Positions 1-11,994 of a stretch of DNA of 64,000 bases are shown in pieces. A model generated the notes under the pieces. That model searched no databases and was not told the origin of the DNA. It saw only the letters and a list, made by a program, of their open reading frames with translations. Both the position numbers and the translations under genes were made by a program. The DNA is from Mobula birostris (Eukaryota). The stretch's first letter is position 1, and each line of letters opens with the position of its first letter. Location: positions 45,080,581-45,144,580 of the forward strand of contig NC_092388.1 of NCBI RefSeq assembly GCF_030028105.1, read 5' to 3'.

Positions 1-129
1 AGCCTTTTGTTGCTCTGTTATTCGTTCAATTTAAACTCTGGCCCAGATAAACTGAAAAGACAGGGTGTCGGGATCTGTGACAAGAGCCGATTTCACTCGT
101 TCTCTGTGATGGTCACTCCTCTCTCCATG

Positions 130-920
130 GTTGTTGTTTGTCCATCGCGTTGATGAAGACCTCGACACCATTAGTCACTTTGAGACTGGATGCGGTGTGT
201 CTGAAGATGAATGGTCAGGCCAATTCGGGCACGGAATGTCCTGGCACATGTTGGGCAGACAGGTGTAAGCACTGCAGTTGGTGCGCTGGTGGCTCTGGAC
301 TTGCGCAGCTCGCGTTTATGTTGTGCTTCAGCAGTGCGCCTTGCTTCGTAAGCTTGACAGCCCTTGGGGATGAGGCCACGCCAGGTAGGGTGGTTTTGTG
401 CCAGCGTTTCCCAGGAGGTCGTGTCTATGTCAGATGACTTCAGGAAGGCCTTTAGTGTGTCTTTGTAACATTTCTTCTGCCCTCCATGCGAGCATCTTCC
501 AGCAGAGGATTCCTCAAAAAGGAGCTGCTTGGGTATGCGCTTGTCCGGCATGCGGATGACATGACCTGCCCACCGGGTCTGTGCTCTCATTAGCAGTGTG
601 TGGACTGATGGCAGACTTGCTCTAGAGAGAACTTCAGTGTCTGGTACTTTGTCTTGCCATCTGATGCCTAATATTCTGCGAAGACAAGTCATGTGGAAAT
701 GGTTGAGCTGTCTTGCATGCCTTCGATACAGATTCCATGTTTCACAGGCGTACAGGAGGGTAGTAAGTACCACAGCTCTGTAGACCTTCAGTTTGGTTGC
801 TGGGCTGATTCCTCGGTGTTCCCATACAGTGGAGCGCAGTCTACCGAAAGCAGAACTTGCCTTTGCTATTCTGCAGTTAACTTCTGTATCAATTGTCACT
901 GCTCGGGAGAGGTGCTCAGG
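130..920 (-). mobile_element. 5'-truncated RTE-clade LINE (C-terminal ORF part with C2H2 finger)
   Basis: ORF 171..899: RIAKASSAFGRL, LLYACETW, RWAGHVIRM, CPTC..HLQTH; short (CAA)n tail near 131-140. Confidence 0.9.
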
Positions 921-1224
921 CTATGAAGACTGCTCCAGCTGCTGTGCTCTGATCCTGTTAATATGATGATCTGGGCTTTGGGCTTACTCTGGGCTGCTCC
1001 GGGTTCAGATCTGAGGATTCGATTTTGGTTTGGAATGTTGTTGTTCACTTCAATTGTTTGCAGGATTTGTGTTATTTTTCATCTTTCTCTTGAGCATCAG
1101 GAGTTGGTCTATTTTTTTTTATTGTGTTCTTTTGGGTATCTTGCTAGATGGCTACCTGTGAGCAAACAAGTCTCAAGGTTGCATAATTTATACATTCTTT
1201 GATAATAAATGTATTTGATTTGCA

Positions 1225-3277
1225 AGCACAGGCAAACAAAGAAGTTGTAATAACAGTATTTTTTGATACTGTAAAGGCATATAATATGCTATGGAAGGAA
1301 GAACTTTTGCTTAAACTACAGAAATTGGAAGTTGTGGGGGAGATTGTATAATCTTTTTTTTCTGAGTATTTTATTTGGACGGGCAAGGTATACTCTGGTT
1401 TCTATGAGATAGGAAATGGGACCACACAAGGCAGTGTTTGTAGCCCTTTCTCTGAAGTAGGTATTGGGGTGGGTAAGTCACTATATGCAGATGATGGAGC
1501 TTTAGAGGCAGAAATTTCCGTTTTCCTGTATGTAGGATGCAATTAGCGATTAATAAGGTCAAGCAGTGGGCAAATAGATGGGGATTTAAATTTTCAGTAG
1601 CCAAAATTCAAATTACGTGTTTTACAACAAGGATTAATAGACCTGCACTTGGTTTGAAATTCTACTGTCAAACTCTTGAAGAAGTATCAGTGGTAAGCTT
1701 TCTAGGCATGTGGATGAATAATAAGTTGACATGGAAACACCATATCAGTAAAATAATTGATAAACATTAAGGAGCATTAAATATTCTCAGGTGTTGATCC
1801 AGATATTCTTGGGGTGCTACACAAAAATCTTTGTTGGTCATTTATATTTGTGTAATTAGATCTGTTCTTGATTATGGCTGTGTGGCTTATGAATCAGCTT
1901 CATCTTCAAATGTAAAATGTTTGGATGTGATACAAGCACAGGCTTTAAGATTGTGTTGTGGTGCAGTAAGGTCGTCCCCTGTTTCAGCTTTACTGGTTAA
2001 AATGGGACAATTACCCTTACAATTGTGGATGGTGAAGTTGATATTAACTCACTGGATTAATTTGAGGGGGTAGAGCAAGGATCACCCTGTGTTGGAGGTC
2101 TGTTGGAGACATCACAAGAAGAGTGTTTTTAGTTTTAGGTGGTTGGGTTCTCATCACGCTAGGAATATGAGTTTGTTGGATGTCCTACTATTTTTTGGTA
2201 ACTCCACCTTGTTTTTTTCCAATGACTTTAGTTGATTTTAGATTACACAATTTAATAAAGTCTAAAGATTTTGTTATGCCTGAGAGTCTGTTGGTTCATC
2301 AATATATTAAAGAAAATGATTCTGAAATGTTAACCACTTTTGCAGATGGGTCAAAAGCTAATTTAACTGGGAATGTTGGTGTGGCTGTTTTTGTGAATGA
2401 ATTCTAGATGACAATAAAGAAATGTCTTACTAACCATTTATCAGTATATACAGCAAAATTGGTTGCAGTGGGTGGAGGAAATTTGTCTTTGTAAAGTTGT
2501 AATTTGTTCAGAGTCCTTTTTGATTTTGATGAGTCTTAAAACAGGTCGTTCTAGCAGTAGGTCAGTTTTCCTGTTGGAAGCTCATCAAACGTTATTTCAT
2601 ATAAAAGTATTGGTTCACATTTTTATATAGGTTCCTGCACATAGAGCTAAATGAGTGGGTTGATTGGGTAAAAAAGCTATTAAAAGTTCAATGGTGGACA
2701 TAGACCTTCCAATTAGCAAATCTGAAGCTAAGGGGTTGGTAGGGTTGAGAATTAGGGGGGTTATGGCAAAACTTATGGGATAGCAGACATAAGGGAAGAC
2801 ACCTTTACAGAATACATGAAACTGTAGGGTTTATGGGAGAAGCGGGGAAAATGGGGCGGGGGGGGGAGGAATTATTTTGACACAACCTAGAACTGAGCAT
2901 ACTATGCTTAATTATTCCTTGTACCTTGTTGGAAAACATCTCTCTGGGTTGTGTAAAGTTTTGGTCACATACTATTACAATGTGAAACATACAAGGTTGA
3001 AAGTAATCAAATGTCAGCTTCATTACAATCATTAGGGGTTGATAGTTTTCATTTTAAAACTTCAAGTTATGGGAGTGACTTTAATTCACTGTATTGTCTT
3101 TCACTACTTACAGTCTATAGTGCTGTTTGGGGTAATTTAGCTTTCATTTGAAAAGAGAAGAGTAAGGGTTTTTGTCCCCAATTCTCTACACCACACTCCA
3201 GTCCAGTTGGAGGCGGTAATGCACCTTTAAGTTGGATTGCCAACTGCCATTAGAAGTCAGAAGAAGAAAAAGAAGAG
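1225..3277 (+). mobile_element. Decayed 5'-truncated I-group (Nimb-like) LINE with RT and RNase H
   Basis: VFFDTVKAYN, WANRWGFKFSVAK, IRSVLDYG, ALRLCCGA, FADGSK motifs; 3' end GGCGGTAATGCACC followed by a (GAA)n-like tail. Confidence 0.85.
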
Positions 3278-5220
3278 GTTCAGTTGCTAGGCCCCACCCC
3301 CAGTGCAAGGTGCTGGAACGAGGACTCACTGCTGTTGTCAACGGGAAGAGTCGATGCAGGAGAGTATGGAGGGCATGTGTTGGGATAACAAGTAGTAATG
3401 GTGGAATGGAAGAGGAATACCAATTGGAGAAAACATAGAGGAACTAAAGAAAAATATTAAAGGAGGTGGTGACTGAGATAAAAAGATTGAAAGCAGTGAG
3501 GAATTGTAAAAAAGGTCGCTAGCACATCTGTCATGTTAATATTTCAGGGTTCAATATTACCAGAAAAAGAAACAGTTGGATTCATGTGCCTTAATGTCAG
3601 AGCCCTTGTTCCACCACCACTCGGGTGTTATAAACATCAGAAATATGGGCTTGTAGTGACAGTGCGTAAAGGAAGGTGGAGATGTGGTAGATGTGGAGGA
3701 GAACGTGTGTATGTGCAGTGCAGACACTGAATCAGTAAAATGTTGGAATTGTGGTGGGGCCAATATAGTAGCCTATGGGGGATGTGAAGTTAGAAAAAAA
3801 AGCAATGGAATTCCAACAAATGAGGATATAGCATAATGTGTCTTGTGTGGAAGCAGTTAGGAGATCACACAATGAGAGAATTAAAGAAGGAAATGATTCA
3901 CATGCAAATGCAAGACAAGGTCAGTCAAAAAATTCAACATTCGTGATTAGTACAGATAAATTAGTTTAATTCACGGCAAACGTTGTTAATTGTTCTGAGC
4001 AGTAAAAACTAAAGCAGGAAAGTTAAAAGTGATAATGAGGTTTTTGAATATGAGAGAGCTGCCATGGGAGCAAGTGCCAGTAGAACTGAGTGTGAATAAT
4101 CCAAGTCTTGAGGTTCATTTACAAGGTAACTAATACTCACCCTGTTAATTCTTCTGTGGAATGCTGGAAGCTTAATAGTTATTGCACAGGCATTTAAGAA
4201 TTGTGTGAGGAATTTTACTGAGAAACCAGATGTGATGTGTGTAAGAAACATGGCTTAACCCAACAATAGATTTTGTAATTAATGGTTATGAGGGTGTAAG
4301 AAATGATAGTTAATGGAAGAGGGGGTGGGTGTGCAACTTTTGTTAAAAGGGGTTTACAATATGGAGAACTAAAGAGAGGAGTAAGTAGAAACTGATGTAT
4401 GGACAAGGAAGGTACAGTTAAAATCATTAATACCTACTGTATAATCCTTGTAAAAATTAGAAATGGGATTCCTGGAGCAAAATGGTACGCAAGGAAATAC
4501 AGTATAGTACTCTATGGGGATTTTAATGCACACAGCACACTGTGGTGGGGGGGGGGAGCATGATGACATCAATGGAGCAGTGATAGAATTTATGGTAAAG
4601 GAAAATCTGATGTGTATATATGATGGAAGTGGGACAAGAGTACATTAAATTGTAAGTTCTGAATCAACAATTGATTAAGCATTAGTTATGGCACCTTCAG
4701 CAGGAAAGTGTTGATGGGAGGTTTTGAAAGAAACAACAATAGGCAGTGATCATTACCCTGTGTTATGTAGAATGGGAATAGAAATAGTAATAGATCAGGA
4801 AAGTATGCTGGAACACCGGCTGTTTGAAAAGGCTGATTGGGGAAAATCTAAAGAAATAAGTGATCAGGAATCACAGAATATTGAAATCAATCAGGATGTG
4901 GATCTTTTATGTGACAAGATTATAGAAGGGATAATGACAACGACAACAATAAGTATAGCAAGGAAATGGAATAGAGCTAAAAAGAAAATGGTACCATGGT
5001 GACAAATGACTGTGGGGAAGCAATTAGACATTGTAATAGAGCATTTAGGACAGACAATTTTCAATAATTAATCAAGTATAAAAAGACACAAGTAATAGCA
5101 AGCAAGTAAAACTATTTGAAAGGCGAAACAGATATTTGAGTACGTTTTGAAACTCCGTAGGAATACAAACATCTATTGAAAGAGTTTGGAAGATGATAAA
5201 AAGAATGAATGGCATCACCA

Positions 5221-5474
5221 GGGAAATTGGATACCCAGTGTTCTGTGATGGAGAGAGAGCTGCAGGGAAATTGGATACCCAGTGTTATATGATGGGGAGG
5301 GAAATTGGATACCCAGTGTTATGTGATGGAGAGAGAGCTGCAGGGAAATTGGATACTCAGTGTTATGTGATGGAGAGAGAGCTGCAGGGAAATTGGATAC
5401 TTGGTGTTATGTGATGGAGAGAGAGCTGCAGGGAAACTGGATACTCGGTGTTATGTGATGGGGAGGGAGCTGCA
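5221..5474 (+). repeat. Minisatellite, about 44-bp unit x6 (gggaaattggatacccagtgttatgtgatggagagagagctgca)
   Basis: Direct inspection; copy 2 is shortened to 35 bp. Confidence 0.93.
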
Positions 5475-7224
5475 GTATCCAATGTAGAGAAAGCAGAAAT
5501 GCTAGTGCATGCTTTTGTTAAAATACTCAATTCTAACAATATGAGTATGAAAGGAAAAGGAGAAGAGTTAAAACGTTATTAGAGAACTTAGCAACATTAA
5601 GTCAGGAAGCATTAGTGACAGATGGAAATTTTGAGGGTACATTAAATGTGATGTTCACCACGACAGAATTGAATAAAGGTGAAGAAAACGTCTCCTGGGA
5701 AGGATCAGTAAGTTAAGTTATGTTTCCTAAATAAATTGAGTGAGAAAGGGAAGAAAGATATTTTAAAGTTATTTAATCATGTATGGGAAAATGAAAAACT
5801 TCCTGAAGCATGGAACGAAGCAATCATAGTTCCAATATGTAAACCATGCAAGAATCCTACCAATCCAGCCAGTTATAGACCAATAGGATTAACCTCACAT
5901 TAATGTAAAACCACGGTAAAATCTATTAATTAGAGATTGTTGTATTATATTGAAACAAGATGGGGGGGGTTTTAAATATTGGAATGGGTTTAGGAGAGGA
6001 AGAGGAACCATGGATCCAGATTGATATCTAGAACATGAAGTGAGGAGGGCTCAATTGAACAGAGAAAATGTAGTAGCAGTATTTGTGATGCAGAGAAAGC
6101 ATATGATATGATGTGGAAGGAGGTTTGATCATCAAACTATAAAAATTGGGAATTAGATGTTGAATGTTAAATTGGATAAAAGGTTTTTTAAATTGGTAGA
6201 TCCATCATTGTGTGAATCTATGAAAGTAAGCAAACTGTGGAAAATGGAACCCCTCCATTAATATTTACTATAATGATAAATGTTATATTTTTAATTTAAA
6301 TAGTGGTATCAGAGTATCATTATTTATGGATGAAGGACCTATGTGGAAAAGGGGTGGGAATGTGGAATTTATAATACGGAAAATTTAAGAGGCACTTCAA
6401 AAGGTGGAAGATTGCAGATTTTCAGCAGAGAAATCCAAAATATTGTTTTTCACTAGGAAGAGGTAGAGCAATATTTAAAACTAAAACATTATGGTATAGA
6501 ATTAGAAAGTATGCATACCCTTAAATTTTTAGGAATTTGGTTTGATAAAAGACACACATAGTCAACACATATTAAAGAAATAATAATCAAAAGTAAGAAA
6601 GTGCTAAACGTTATGCGATATTTAGTAGGAAATATATAGGGAGCCAATAGGAAATCCTTGAAAGCAATATATTTATATATAGGATTAATAAGATCAATAC
6701 TAGACTATGGAGGTATGGTATATGGATCAGCATCACACAGTATGCTCAGGAAACTGGATATAACTCAAAGTTGAGCATTAAGGTTAATCAGTGAGGCGAT
6801 AATGACAACAGCAGTGATGGCAATGCAGGTGGAGTTGGGAGAGACATTTCGAACTTGCGTTAACGTATTGGGTAAACCTACAAGAGCCTGGAGAAAATCA
6901 CCCAACTAAACAGCTTTCAGATCCATGCCAAGAAAAGGAAAGGAGGAATATCAGAAGTTTTGCCTGGACTATTGAAGGAAAAGCAAAAAAAACTGGAATT
7001 AGTAATAAGGCAGTAATGTGCCTCCATAACTGTGTGAAGCACCAGAGATGGATTTTAAATTATGTGAAACGAGATGGAAAAAATAAAGAAGTGATGTTAA
7101 ATAAAGATGTATTGAATCTTATGTAAATAAGTATTATGGATATTTACAAATATACACAGATGCTTCAAAAATAGTAGTAGATTAGGGATTAGGATTGATA
7201 GTCCCAGATTTTAACATTAAAAAG

Positions 7225-9580
7225 CAGGTGAGGTGCTTTGATTCGGTGGTCTGGACTGTATTCAGGAATGCATCTTCGAATCTGGATGAGTATGCTACAG
7301 TTGTTACCGACTTCATTAAAACCTGTGTGGATGAGTGTGTGCCCACAAAGACTTGCTGTACATTCCCAAATCAAAAGCTGTGGGTGAACCAGGAGGTACA
7401 TCATCTGCTGAAGGCTAGATTTGTGGCATTCAAGTCTCATGACCCAGGTCTATACAAGAAAACCAGGTATGAGTTGAGGAAGGCTATTTCAAGAGTGAAG
7501 AGACAAATTTGAACGAGGTTGGAGGCGACATCAGATGTATGACAACTCTGGCAGGGTTTGCAAGACATTGCCTCCTACAAAGTGAAACCCAATAGCATGA
7601 ATGGCAGTGATGCTTCACTACCAGATGAACTCAATGCCTTCTATGCCCACTTTGAAAGGAAAAATATAACTACAGCTGTGAAGATCCCTGCTGCACCTGA
7701 TGACCCTGTGAAATTTGACTCAGAGGCCGATGTTAGGCTGCCTTTAAAGAGAGTGAACCCTCACAAGGTGGAAGGTCCTGATGGAGTAGCTGGTAAGGTT
7801 CTGAAAACTTGTCCCAACCAAACTGGCAGGAGTATTAAAAGACATTTTCAACCTCACTACAATGGGCGGAAGATCCCACTTGCTTCAAAAAGGCAAGAAT
7901 CTTACCAGTGCCTAAGAAGAATAATGTGGGCTGCCTTAATGGAGGCACTCACATCAACTGTGATGAAATGCTTTGAGAGGTTGATCATGACTAGACTGAA
8001 CTCCTTCCTCAGCAAGGACCTGGACCCATTGCAATTTGCCTATCGCCATAATAGGTCAACGGCAGACGCAATCTCAATGGCTCTTCACATGGCCTTAGAC
8101 CACCTGGACAATACAAACACCTATGTCAGGATGCCGTTCATCAACTATAGCTCAGCATTTAACACCATCATTCCCACAATCCTAATTGATGTTACAGAAC
8201 TTGGGTCTCTGTACCACCCTCTGCAATTGGATCCTCGACTTCCTAATCGGAAGAGCACAATCTGTGTGGAATGGTGATACTATATGCTCCTCACTGACGA
8301 TCAACACTGGCGCACCTCAGGGGTGTGTGTTTAGCCTACTGCTCTACCCTCTATATACACATGACTGTGTGGATAGGCATAGCTCAAGTACCATTTATAA
8401 ATTTGCTGACGATACAACCATTGTTGGTAGAATCTCAGGTGGTAATGAGAGGGCATACAGGAGCGAGATATGCCAACTAGTGGAGTGGTGCCACAGCTAC
8501 AACCTGGCACTCAATGTCAGTAAGATGAAAGAGCTGATTGTGGACTTCAGGAAGGTTAAGACGAAGGAACACATACCAATCCTCAGGAGGATCAGAAAGT
8601 GGAGAGAGTGAGCAGTTTCAAGTTCCTGGGTCCACGATTTAATTGTAAATTTTTTGGTATATTTTCTTTTCTTGCTGGCAGTTTGATGTTTATTTTTAGA
8701 AGCTTTTTGTATGATGCATGGCTCCAGGGTTGTATACCTAATGGGTTCTTTTTTTTTTCTCACTTTTTCTGCTTAGTAGGTTTTTTTTGTTATCACAATT
8801 TTTTTTTCAATCTTTAAGATAACATCTTTTTTGAGACATTGTAAGTGTTGTTACTTCAATGTACTCGTGTTATTTCTTTAGTATAATAATATATTAATAA
8901 AAAGATTTGAAAAAAAAGGAAGTTCCTGGGTTAAGATCTCTGAGAACCTAACCTGGTCCCAACATATCGATGCAGTTATAAAGAAGGCGAGACAGGGACT
9001 ATACTTCATGAGGAGTTTGAAGAGATTTGGTATGACAACAAAACACTCAAACTTCTATAGATGTACCGTGGAGTGCATTCTGACAGGCTGCATCACTGTC
9101 TGGTATGGGGGGAGGGGGCTACTGCACTGGACCGAAAGAAGTTGCAGAGGGTTGTAAATTTAGTCAGCTTCATCTTGGGTACTAGCCTAGAAAGTACCCA
9201 GGACATCTTCTAGGAACGGTGTCTCAGAAGTTAGCGTCCATTGTTAAGGACCTCCAGCACCCAGGACATGCCCTTTTCTCACTGTTACCATCAGGTAGGA
9301 GGTACAGAAGCCTGAAGGCACACACTCAGCAATTCACAAACAGCTTCCTCCCCTCAGCCATCCGATTCCTAAATGGATATTGAACCCTTGAACACTACCT
9401 CACTTTTTAATATAGATTATTTCTGTTTTTGCACAATTTTTAATCTATTCAATATGCACATAAGTAAATCAATTACAGTACTTATTATATTTTCCTTCTA
9501 TATTATCTATTGCATTGAACTGCTGCTACTAAGTTAACAAATTTCATGACACATGCCAGTGATAATAAACCTGATTCTGA
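7225..9580 (+). mobile_element. Rex1/Babar LINE, 5'-truncated and frameshifted
   Basis: [42 protein letters not shown]; ends aataaacctgattctga. Confidence 0.9.
8632..8919 (+). mobile_element. Short polyA-tailed retro-insertion (likely L1/Tx1 3' end) inside Rex1
   Basis: 12-bp TSD aagttcctgggt (8620-8631 and 8920-8931); T-rich body; AATAAA and A-rich tail. Confidence 0.75.
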
Positions 9581-9746
9581 TGATTTCTCAGAGTATACAG
9601 GTGAAATGACAGCTGTACTACTATCTTTGCAGTGAATAGAGGAGGAGAGACCAATGAGAGTTGTAATATTGTCTGATTCAAGCACTACAATCAGGAATCT
9701 AAAACATTTACATTCAGAGGTAAAACCAGACATTCTGTATGAGATA

Positions 9747-11315
9747 CAGGTGTTCCCTGCTTTTCGAACCTTCGCTTTATGAAACCTCACTGTTACGAAA
9801 GTACCCTGTTTTTGCTTTCAGAAGGTGTTTTCACTGTTAAAGAAAGGCAGCGGGCGATAAAAAAATCAGCGCGCGATAAAAGGCAGCGTGCGCCCCGAGC
9901 AGCCGCTCTCCCCCGGATTCGGAACGGCATTGCTTAAACACGTTGCATTGAGCAGCCGTTTGCAAGATGCGTTCTAAGGTGTCGGAAAAGCCTGAAAGAG
10001 TAAGGGTGTTACACTTAGCGTAAAACTAGACATAATTAAGCATTTCGATCGTGGTGAACGAAGCAAGGACAAAGTGAGTTTGGCTTGTGGAAGCTGATGA
10101 AGATGATGTTGAAGAGGTTTTGGCATCCCATGACTAAGAACTGATACATGAAGAGCTGATGCAATTGGAAGAGGAAAAGATAACAATCAAAACCAAATGC
10201 AGTAGCGAAATGAACGTGAAGCAACTGCGTGAGATTTTCGCTGCAATGATAAAGTACGACTTTAATTTTGAAAGGGTACGTAGGTTTAGGGGATATTTGC
10301 AGGATGGTTTGAGTCCTTACAAACAACTGTATGATAGAAAAATGTGCGAGGCTCAGCAGTCAAGCAAGCCTTCCACATCAGCCACAACAGATGACGAACC
10401 TCAATCTTCGACATCGAGGCAGGCAGTCATAGGAGAAGATGAGCTGCCTGCCCTGATCAACGATGAGATGACACCCCCGTGTCCCACCACCCCAACCCCC
10501 AGGCCCCGGACAGATACTGTACCGATTCGCGGAGAATGCAGCAGTAGCCGGGAGACACACAGCACATCTTTAAGAAAAAAGCCGAGATAAACATGCCAAT
10601 TAATTAGGTGCCGCTGACACGTAATTGTCGGCCCAGATCAGAGGCGGTGCAATCGGAAATCGGCACTGATCTGGGCCGACAATTACGTGCCGGGCAGCAC
10701 CTAATTAATTAGCATGTTTACTTCAGCTTTTTTCTTAAAGATGTGCTGTGTGCCTCCCGGCTACTGCTGTGTTCTTCGTGGCAATGTATCGGGCCGGCGG
10801 CCTGGAGGGTGGGGGTCACTGCACCACCCAACCTGCGACGACTCAGTCTAACACATCATCATCAGTGTGCTCGGTAAGCTGTCTTCCCAATTCCGGTAAG
10901 TGATACTACACTGTACATACATTATTTCTACTTTATATAGGCTGTGTATTGTTATGTGTTATTTGGTACATTTGGCAGCCTCATAGCTTAAAGGTTACTG
11001 GAGAGCGCGTTTATGCCAACAGCGCATGCGTGAGATTTTCGCTACGGAGATCTGTGCAGGTAATCGTTGTAGAGAAGTATTTCTACTTTATATAGGCTGT
11101 GTATTTATCATATCATTCCTGCTTTTACTATATGTTACTGTTATTTTAGGTTTTACGTGTTATTTGGCATGATTTGGTAGGTTATTTTTGGGTCTGCGAA
11201 CGCTCACAAAATTTTCCCATATAAATAAGTGGTAATTGCTTCTTCGCTTTACAACATTTTGGCTTACAAACCGTTTCATAGGAACGCTCTGCCTTCGGAT
11301 GGCGGGGGAAACCTG
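9747..11315 (+). mobile_element. Internally deleted Tigger/pogo DNA transposon
   Basis: TA|CAGGTG...ACCTG|TA ends; transposase N-terminus (KGVTLSVKLDIIK) joined to C-terminus (EELMQLEEE..LSPYKQLYDRK). Confidence 0.88.
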
Positions 11316-11994
11316 TAATACAATCCTTATTTAGAATTAAAATGACAGGACTCTGTATACGTTTTAGATGTGGATTCCAGCACATGTTGGTATTAGAGGG
11401 AATGAGAGAGCAGATAAATTAGCAAAGGAGGCTACTAGATGATCAGTAGTGGACATTCAAATAAATTACAGTAAAGGAGAAATTAAAAATATTATTAAAA
11501 GTGACATTTTTAAAATGTGGAGAAAACAACAGGATGAGGAGAGAACAGGAAGACATCTTTATAATATCCAGAAAGAAGTCGGCTGGTCAAGGAATGCAGG
11601 GAGGAGGTGATAATATTGAGATTGAGGTTTGGGCACATGGTTAAATAGTATCTCGCTTTTAATGAAAAACGCAATAATGAGAGGTGTGAGTATTTTAATC
11701 AACAAGAAATGGTTGGACATATACTGGTGATGTGTTCAAGATATAATCAAGAGAGGGGATGGTTGATTTTAAAGTTATCACAGAACAAAATATAATTTAA
11801 AATTAACAGTATTTTGAAGAAAGGATCACAGGATTATTGGTTTAAATATATAGTGCAGTCCATTAAGAATACATGTCTTTTTCATAGAATGTAATACAGG
11901 ATTTAGATATCCTGACCTACACTCCCATTCAGAAGGAGGTGCTAATGCACCTTAAGGCTGTTTGCCAGCCACTATAAAACCTCAGAAGTTCTTT

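Larger units (their letters stand above)
3280..11988 (+). mobile_element. Near full-length decayed Nimb-like LINE (gag-like ORF1 zinc knuckles, APE, RT, RNase H), interrupted by Rex1 and Tigger insertions
   Basis: PPPLGCY..CGRCGG..CWNCGG (3600-3790); LWNA, GDFN, GSDHYP; SYRPIGLTS; IYTDASK (about 7150); YTGEMTAV..ILSDS (9590-9680); WIPAHVGIRGNERADKLAK (about 11370); 3' GGTGCTAATGCACC. Confidence 0.85.

Noticed and set aside
5221-5474. CRISPR-like regular repeats
   Set aside because: The units are contiguous with no unique spacers; this is a eukaryotic minisatellite inside a LINE.
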